From: Myxococcota bacterium
GTDB taxonomy: Bacteria; Myxococcota_A; UBA796; UBA2385
Reading direction: 5' to 3'
Assembly: GCA_044344255.1 (NCBI GenBank)
Contig: JBIJDH010000006.1
Location: forward strand, 224,001 to 288,000
Length of the DNA stretch: 64,000 bases
Below, piece by piece: positions 57,611-64,000 of this stretch. Below the pieces are notes generated by a model. That model had not been told where the DNA came from. It did no database searches and was given only the letters and a program-made list of their open reading frames with translations. Made by a program: the position numbers and the translations under genes. Position 1 is the stretch's first letter, and each line of letters starts with the position of its first letter.

Positions 57611-59769
57611 GCGCCCTCGGCGGGGTCGGTGTGTCGGGCGGCCGGGGCGAGCGGGGCGGGCTGCGCGGGCGGTGGAGCGCCCGGGATCGGGTGTTGCTGC
57701 CGCTGCTGCTCACCGGCTTCGGCGCCTGCCTCGTGTCGGGCCTCGTGCCGGCCTTGATCGGCGTGGTCGGCGCCTGGGGGGTGGTCGTCGGGCGGCTCCG
57801 GCGGGGAGGTCACCTGAGCCCGACCACCCTGTCCGCCTGGCGGAGCGCCAACCTCGTCGTCTTGGCGCTGTGCGTGCTCGGTGGGGTGCTCGGCGCCTCG
57901 CTGCTCGTCGTCGCCCTGGCCCTCGTCTCCTGGCTGCAGGTCCACCGCGCCTGGACCGGCCGACGGGCCGTGGACGACCGCGTCGCCTTGCTGCTCACGT
58001 TGTTGCTGCTCCTGCTCGCCTGTGTGTTCTCTCTCTCCCCCCTCCTCGCGCCGCTCTTCGCCCTCTGGTGTCTCCTCACCCCGCTCGCCCTGCTCCAGAT
58101 CACGCTCGCGGCCGAGCTCGAGGCGGAGCACGCCGGGGCCCCCCCGACCGGCGGGCTGGAGCAGGCGGCTCCGCGCTGGCTGGCCCCCGCCTCAGTGGGG
58201 CTGACGGTCGCCTTCTTCTTCGCGATGCCCCGCCTGGAGAGCGGCGCGGGGATCCAGGGTGGCGCCGCCCTGGTGGGCTTCAACGAGGACGTGGTGCTGG
58301 GCGATCTGAGCCGCATCCAGGACAACCCGGACGTGGTGCTGCGGGTGCGACTGGCGCCGCGACCCGACGGTGAGCGCCCCGGAGATCCCGCCGCGGCGGC
58401 CCCGCCCGAGGCCCTCGCCGCGCCGCAGTATTACCGAGGCATGGTGCTCGATCACTTTGACGGGCAGCGGTGGTCAAACGAGCTCGGCGGCCGGATGCGG
58501 AGGGTCAACGCCCTCGACGCGGCGGGCGCCCCGCTGCCCGGTGAGCTCTGGCAGGAGATCTCCCTCGAGCCGCTCACCGAGGGCGTGCTCCTCGGCATTG
58601 ACCGGGTGCTTGGCATCGGCGGGCTCGAGGGGCGGCTCACCGAGGACCTCGACGGCACCTGGCGCTTCGAGGGGGAGGACCGCGGGCTCGCCTACCGGGT
58701 GCGCAGCCTGCCGCCGCTCCGGGAGGAGGCCGTTGACTTCGATGAGGCGGCGGCGATCGAGGCCTCGCCCCACGCGGAGGAGCGAGCGGCCCTGCGGTCG
58801 GGGGTCTGGCGCACCCTTCCACCGGACCTTGACCCCCGCATCCCGCCGCTGGCCCACGAGATCGTCGCTGGGGTTGGCCCCGAGGCCAGCCCCTTCGAGA
58901 AGGCCGTGGCCATCGAGTCCTGGCTCCGCGAACGGTACGCCTACACCACCACGCCGGAGCCGGTCCCGGGTGAGGAGGCGCTGACCCACTTCCTCTTCGA
59001 GCAGCGGCGCGGACATTGTGAGTACTTCGCGACGGCGCTGGCGGTGCTCCTGCGCGTCGAGGGCGTGCAGACCCGCCTCGTCAACGGCCTCTACGGTGGC
59101 GAGTGGAACGAGTGGGGGGGCTACACCGTGCTCCGCCAGCGGGACGCCCACACTTGGGTGGAGGCCTGGATGGGGCCCGCCGGCTGGATGCGCTTCGACG
59201 CCACCCCCGCCTCGGAGGCCGCGCCGCCCACCTCGGCGCTGGTCGCGCTCGTCGAGTGGGCCGGCGCGAAGTGGAAGGGGCTCATCCTCGACTACAACCT
59301 CGACGTCCAGGTCGGGATGTCGGAGGCCGCGCTCACCCGACTCCGCTGGCTGCGCCTCCCGGACGGGGGGGCGGCGGTCGAGCTCCTCCCCGAGTGGAGC
59401 CCCGTCCTGCTCGGGGTGGTGCTGCTCTTCGGCTTCGTCCTCGGCGGCTCGCGGCTCTGGTTGCGGGTGGTGGGCGGCGCCTCCAGGGCCCGCGCCGCGC
59501 CGACGGGGCGGGTCGCTCGCGCCCTGGACCAGGGCCTCCGACTCGCCCGCAGCCGGGGTTGGGCCGTCCCACCCTGCCTGCCCCCCGTGGAGGCGGCGCG
59601 CTGGCTCGCCGAGCAGGTGGGCGCGGAGGCCGGCCCGATGCACGATCTCGCCTGGCTGCACTACCGGGTCCGCTACGGCGGTGAGCCCGACGAGGCCCAC
59701 CGCGCCGAGGCCGAGCGCCTGCTCCGCTCGCTCGGCGGCCTGTCCCCGCGCCCTCCCCACTTGGGTTGA
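57607..59769 (+). CDS. Membrane transglutaminase-like protein (DUF3488/TgpA type)
   Basis: N-terminal TM segments, YYRGMVLDHFDG, GHCEYFATA, RDAHTWVE, FDATP, YRVRYG. Confidence 0.9.
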   Translation: MSALGGVGVSGGRGERGGLRGRWSARDRVLLPLLLTGFGACLVSGLVPALIGVVGAWGVVVGRLRRGGHLSPTTLSAWRSANLVVLALCVLGGVLGASLLVVALALVSWLQVHRAWTGRRAVDDRVALLLTLLLLLLACVFSLSPLLAPLFALWCLLTPLALLQITLAAELEAEHAGAPPTGGLEQAAPRWLAPASVGLTVAFFFAMPRLESGAGIQGGAALVGFNEDVVLGDLSRIQDNPDVVLRVRLAPRPDGERPGDPAAAAPPEALAAPQYYRGMVLDHFDGQRWSNELGGRMRRVNALDAAGAPLPGELWQEISLEPLTEGVLLGIDRVLGIGGLEGRLTEDLDGTWRFEGEDRGLAYRVRSLPPLREEAVDFDEAAAIEASPHAEERAALRSGVWRTLPPDLDPRIPPLAHEIVAGVGPEASPFEKAVAIESWLRERYAYTTTPEPVPGEEALTHFLFEQRRGHCEYFATALAVLLRVEGVQTRLVNGLYGGEWNEWGGYTVLRQRDAHTWVEAWMGPAGWMRFDATPASEAAPPTSALVALVEWAGAKWKGLILDYNLDVQVGMSEAALTRLRWLRLPDGGAAVELLPEWSPVLLGVVLLFGFVLGGSRLWLRVVGGASRARAAPTGRVARALDQGLRLARSRGWAVPPCLPPVEAARWLAEQVGAEAGPMHDLAWLHYRVRYGGEPDEAHRAEAERLLRSLGGLSPRPPHLG

Positions 59770-59840
59770 CGCTCCCCGGGCCCCGGGTTGACGCCCCCCG
59801 GCCCGCGCGGCAAGAGGTTCCCTCGAAGGATCTGAAGCCC

Positions 59841-61538
59841 ATGGACGCGGTCGCCCGTTCATCCATTGTCCCCCCATCCGATGGCTCGCCATCCGATGTC
59901 CCGTCGTGGGGGGCCCTGCCCGACACGCTCGGCGCCGCCCTGCGTCGGATGGCCTTGACCGTCCCCGACGCCCCCGCCCTGCTCTCGGAGGCCCGTTGCC
60001 TCACCTGGGGAGAGGTTGATCGCGAGGTCGACCGCCTCGCCGGGCTGCTGCTCGAGGTCGGTGTCCGCCCGGGGGAGGCGATCGGCTTCCTCATCACCAA
60101 GCGGCCCGAGGTGGTCACCGGCTTCCTGGCGGCGGCGCGCATCGGCGCCATCATGGCCCCGATCAACTTCAAGATGGTGACCGAGCAGGTGCTCGATCAG
60201 CTCGAGACCGCGAGCATCCGCACCCTCTTCGTCGAGGGCGCCTTTGACGGCCTGCTCCGCACGCTCCTGCCCGTCCTGCCCGATCCGGCCCGCATCATCT
60301 ACGTGGACGGCCCGGGTCGCCACGGCACCTCCCACAGTCAGCAGGCGCGGGGGGGGCCGCCGGTCGGGGAGTCGGTGGGCGCGCCGCTCCGCCTCGAGGG
60401 CGGCTTCGTCCCCTCGGCGGACAGCCCCTGCTACTACAACTACACCTCGGGCACGACCGGCCGGCCGAAGGGGGCCATCACCACCCATCGGATGATCCTC
60501 CACAACGCCGCCGTGACCATCGAGGGCCTGGGCTTCCGCCCCACCGACGTCTTCCTCGGTATGTTCTCTGTCTTCGCGCACCCTCACGAGCTCTTCCACC
60601 GCTCGCTGCTGGTGGGCGGGCCCTTCGTCATCCTCGACACCCTCTCGCCGCGCGTGGTGGCCGCCACCGTGGAGCGCTTCCGGGTGACCTGGATGATGGC
60701 GGTGCCGAGCTTCTACGAGATGATGCTCGACTACGCCGCGCCGAGCCCGACGCACCCGAGGCCGGTCGTCGACCGTCTTCGGGGCGCGCACAAGAGCGGC
60801 GACACCTACGACCTCTCGAGCCTCCGCATCTTGGAGAGCGGTGGGGCCTTCGTGGGCAGCGACACGCTCGAGCGGATGGAGCAGAGCTTCGCTGGGGCCA
60901 CCTTCCTGCCCGTCTGGGGCTGCACAGAGGCCACCGGCGTCGCCCTGGCCAACGGCCCCGGGCCGGAGCGGCGCCCGGGGGCCACGGGCCGCCTCGTGCC
61001 CGGCCACCAGATGCGGGTCGTCGATGATCACGGCCGGGACGTGCCCCCTGGCGAGGTGGGAGAGCTCCTCGTCTCGGGCCCGGGCATCGTAGACGGCTAC
61101 GTCAACAACCCGGACGAGACCTCTGCCCTCTTCAAGGACGGCTGGTACTCCACCCGCGACCTCGTGCGCGCTGATGAGGCCGGCTTCGTCTGGTTCGTGG
61201 GCCGTCGTTCGGAGATGCTGAAGATCGGCGGCATTCGGGTCTACCCCTTGGAGATCGAGAAGATCATCAAGGCCCACCCCGACGTGCGCGACGTGGTGGT
61301 GGTGCGGGCTGAGGAGCGGGTCCGGGGGGAGATCGCCCGCGCCGTGATCTCCACCGTGCCGGGCAGCCGCCTCGACTCCACCGCCGTCCAGCGCTACTGC
61401 CGCGAGCGGATGGCCGTCTACAAGGTGCCGCGCATCGTCGAATTCTGGCGGGAGGTGCCGAAGCTCCCGAATGGAAAGATCGACAAGGTGGCGGTCGTGG
61501 TGGTGCCGGCCGATCCCGACCGGGACGAGCGGACGTGA
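59841..61538 (+). CDS. Class I adenylate-forming enzyme (acyl-CoA ligase)
   Basis: YTSGTTGRPKG, WGCTE, GWYSTRDL, GRRSEMLKIGG, PKLPNGKIDK; start approximate. Confidence 0.92.
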   Translation: MDAVARSSIVPPSDGSPSDVPSWGALPDTLGAALRRMALTVPDAPALLSEARCLTWGEVDREVDRLAGLLLEVGVRPGEAIGFLITKRPEVVTGFLAAARIGAIMAPINFKMVTEQVLDQLETASIRTLFVEGAFDGLLRTLLPVLPDPARIIYVDGPGRHGTSHSQQARGGPPVGESVGAPLRLEGGFVPSADSPCYYNYTSGTTGRPKGAITTHRMILHNAAVTIEGLGFRPTDVFLGMFSVFAHPHELFHRSLLVGGPFVILDTLSPRVVAATVERFRVTWMMAVPSFYEMMLDYAAPSPTHPRPVVDRLRGAHKSGDTYDLSSLRILESGGAFVGSDTLERMEQSFAGATFLPVWGCTEATGVALANGPGPERRPGATGRLVPGHQMRVVDDHGRDVPPGEVGELLVSGPGIVDGYVNNPDETSALFKDGWYSTRDLVRADEAGFVWFVGRRSEMLKIGGIRVYPLEIEKIIKAHPDVRDVVVVRAEERVRGEIARAVISTVPGSRLDSTAVQRYCRERMAVYKVPRIVEFWREVPKLPNGKIDKVAVVVVPADPDRDERT

Positions 61539-62629
61539 GCGGAGGGCTCGGGCCCTCCCCGCCGGAGAAGGGCCCCCGCAGGCGCTCCTTCCCGGTGAAG
61601 TTCCTCGTGAAAGACCTGGGCGGGCTCTTCCTCTATTATCCTGGACAGGCCCTGGCCGCGGCCGCCCCAGAGGCCCTCCTCCGCCCCCTGTCCGCCCTCG
61701 GCGGCGACCTCGTCCGCCGGATGGCCGAGGACGGTGCCGAGATGCACGAGGAGCTCCGCTTGCTCTTCGGTGACCGTCCGCTGCCTCGCCCCGCCGCCGA
61801 CATCGTGCGAGACGCCTATCGGGAGGCGATGTGGAATGAGGTGGGGGTGCTCCGCTACCCGGACATGAACCCCGAGACGATAGACCGGTACTGCCGCGTC
61901 GAGGGGCGGGAGCACCTTGACCGGGCGCTGGCGCGGAAGAAGGGCGCCATCGTGCTCATCGGGCACTTCGGCGCCAACCAGATGATCATGCCGGCCCTCG
62001 GGCACAAGGGCTACCCGATGAGCCAGCTCTCGGCGCCGCCGCCGGTCTGGGCCGACATCCTCCGCGAGACCCGCACCACGCCGCTTTGGGAGCGCACCCT
62101 GGCCCGCCGGTGGGCCCTCGAGCAGCGGCTCCCGGTGCAGCACATCAACGTCTTCAAGTTCTTGCGGCCGGCCTTCGACTGCCTGTCCCGCGGTGAGGTG
62201 CTCGGCCTCGCCTTCGACGGCGGCGGCGGGTCGAGCTGGACCGAGGCGCGCCTCCTCGCCCGGACGGCCAACCTGTCCACCCAGCCCGTCCAGCTCTGGC
62301 GAAAGACGGGGGCGACGCTGCTCCCCACCGTCGTGCTGCGGAGCCCCGAAGAGGCCCGCCACCGCGTCGTCATCGGCGAGCCCGTGCCCTTCCCGACCGG
62401 CCACCGCGACCGGGGTGCCGAGACCGCCGCTGCCATGCAGGCCATCGTCGATCGGTTCGCCGAGCACGTCGCGGCCCGCCCTGACCACTACCTCCAGTTC
62501 ATGTTGATGCGAAGGCGGGTGAGGGGGACGGACGCCCGGCCCTTCTTTCAGGATTATCCGCCCCTCCCGGGCGGCCTCGATCCGCGGAGCGCCGAGAGAC
62601 GGCTCAAAGAGGCGGGGATGAAGACATGA
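61535..62629 (+). CDS. Lipid A lauroyl-type (LPLAT) acyltransferase family protein
   Basis: VEGREHLDRALARKKGAIVLIGHFG, GEVLGLAFD, RPDHY. Confidence 0.8.
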   Translation: MSGGLGPSPPEKGPRRRSFPVKFLVKDLGGLFLYYPGQALAAAAPEALLRPLSALGGDLVRRMAEDGAEMHEELRLLFGDRPLPRPAADIVRDAYREAMWNEVGVLRYPDMNPETIDRYCRVEGREHLDRALARKKGAIVLIGHFGANQMIMPALGHKGYPMSQLSAPPPVWADILRETRTTPLWERTLARRWALEQRLPVQHINVFKFLRPAFDCLSRGEVLGLAFDGGGGSSWTEARLLARTANLSTQPVQLWRKTGATLLPTVVLRSPEEARHRVVIGEPVPFPTGHRDRGAETAAAMQAIVDRFAEHVAARPDHYLQFMLMRRRVRGTDARPFFQDYPPLPGGLDPRSAERRLKEAGMKT

Positions 62630-64000
62630 CCGAGCCGACTGACCGCGCGGACACCGACGGCCCCGCCGCGACCCCGGCGGGCCCCTCCAGCGCCGCCATC
62701 CTCGGCCTCTCCGCGGCCGTCGGCCTCGGGAGCGGGCTGCTCGAGGTCGGCCTGCGGAGCGATCCCCGCCTCGGCTACTCCCCGCAGGAGGTGGGCCTCT
62801 GGCTCTTCTTCGGCGCCGCCAGCTCGCTGCTCTTCGCGGTGGCGGTGGCGGCGATCCTGGTGGCGGTCGGGCGCCGCCCGCTCGGCCTGCTCCTCGGCGG
62901 GGTGGCCCTGCTGCACGCCGCGTTGGTCTGGCGCTTCGACCTCTACCTGAACGAGCGGCTCACCGAGCCCGTGGTCCTGGGGGGCCTCGCCGGGGTCGCC
63001 CTCCTCTGCCTCGGCGGCGGCGCCCTCATCGACCCTGCGCTGCAGCGCCTCGCCCGCGCGCGCCCCTGGGCGCTACCTGCGGTCTGCGCCCTGCTCGGCG
63101 GGCTCGGGCTCGGGCTCTCTTTCTTTCGACAGGCGGCGCCCCACGCCCCGGCCCGTGACGCGGACCACCCGAGCGTGCTCCTCATCACCCTGGACACCAC
63201 CCGGCCGGACCACATCGGGGCCTATGGCTCGCTCAACGACACGCCGAACATCGACCGCCTCGCCCGCCAGGGCACCCTCTTCACCGAGGCGGTGGCCACG
63301 GCGCCGCTCACCGAGCCCTCCCACCTCGCCATCCTCACGGGCATCCCGCCCTATCGGTCGGGGGTCTTGTCCAACGGCACGCCGCTCGGGGAGCGGCCGG
63401 CCCTGCTCTCGCACAGCCTCTCCGCGGCCGGCTGGACCACCGCCGCCTTCGTCTCGGCCTTCCCCTTGCACGACCGCTACGGCTGGTCGCAGGGCTTCGA
63501 CGTCTACGACGACGACTTTGGCGACATCGCCGGCCTGCACCGCCTCTCGATCGTCAAGGCCTGGGATCAGGTCTTCGAGCCCGCTCACGCGCTGCGCGAG
63601 CGCCGGGGTGACCTCACCCTGACCCGGGCCCGCCAGTGGCTGTCCGAGCACCATGAGGAGCGCTTCTTCCTCTGGGTGCACCTCTTCGATCCGCACGGCC
63701 CCTACGCCGCCCCCGGCTACGTGACCGAGGCCCCCCGCGGCGGTGACCCCATCCCGCTCCCCGCCTATTGGCCCGCCGAATATCAGGGCATCAGCTCGAC
63801 CCCCTGGTTCATCGACGCCTATCAAGCGGAGATCCGCTGGACGGATCGCCTCGTCGGCCAGCTCTTGGGAGACCTCCAGGAGGGCGGCGCGCTCGATGAG
63901 ACCGTCGTGGTGCTCACCGCCGATCATGGCGAGAGCCTGACCGAGCACGACTATTTCTTCGACCACGGGGACCAGCTCTATGACCCCTCCCTGCTGGTAC
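62626..64000 (+). CDS. Membrane-anchored sulfatase-like hydrolase/transferase (runs off the window)
   Basis: Own translation: TM N-terminus then LLITLDTTRPDH, TPNIDRLA, APLTEPSHLAILTG, WVHLFDPHGPY, ADHGESL; absent from the ORF track, no stop reached in window. Confidence 0.88.
   Translation, partial: MTEPTDRADTDGPAATPAGPSSAAILGLSAAVGLGSGLLEVGLRSDPRLGYSPQEVGLWLFFGAASSLLFAVAVAAILVAVGRRPLGLLLGGVALLHAALVWRFDLYLNERLTEPVVLGGLAGVALLCLGGGALIDPALQRLARARPWALPAVCALLGGLGLGLSFFRQAAPHAPARDADHPSVLLITLDTTRPDHIGAYGSLNDTPNIDRLARQGTLFTEAVATAPLTEPSHLAILTGIPPYRSGVLSNGTPLGERPALLSHSLSAAGWTTAAFVSAFPLHDRYGWSQGFDVYDDDFGDIAGLHRLSIVKAWDQVFEPAHALRERRGDLTLTRARQWLSEHHEERFFLWVHLFDPHGPYAAPGYVTEAPRGGDPIPLPAYWPAEYQGISSTPWFIDAYQAEIRWTDRLVGQLLGDLQEGGALDETVVVLTADHGESLTEHDYFFDHGDQLYDPSLLV

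Overview
Very GC-rich bacterial chromosomal window. A Myxococcota/deltaproteobacterium-like origin is inferred from the MYXO-CTERM-like tail, (DGT)n lipoproteins and TSP3-repeat amidohydrolase. Most of it (about 25.2-64 kb) is core or envelope genes: deoxynucleoside kinase, fused MFS/spermidine synthase, CASTOR/POLLUX-like channel, an about 500-nt RNase P RNA, maeB, recX, panC, TerC with NhaR, MoxR-DUF58-transglutaminase, and acyl-CoA ligase/acyltransferase/sulfatase. The accessory part (about 7.9-25.1 kb) is a defence hotspot: WYL regulator, type I-G (I-U) cas3 with C-terminal HD domain, and csx17/cas8g cut short by a 2.7-kb IS with a large 767-aa DDE transposase. The far end of that IS touches the first repeat of a CRISPR array (21 full repeats, 1 partial, 21 spacers). 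After the array come a frameshifted second transposase and two tandem AAA-ATPase/PD-(D/E)XK nuclease paralogs. No cas7, cas5/6, cas1/4, cas2 or leader is present. Also seen: a shared about 45-bp motif upstream of both the WYL gene and cas3, and a second diverged, collinear relic of the same locus (glycosyltransferase 3' end, REP-like element, cas3 fragment lacking Walker A) around a CotH kinase gene. All product calls come from motif recognition by eye; no database search was run.
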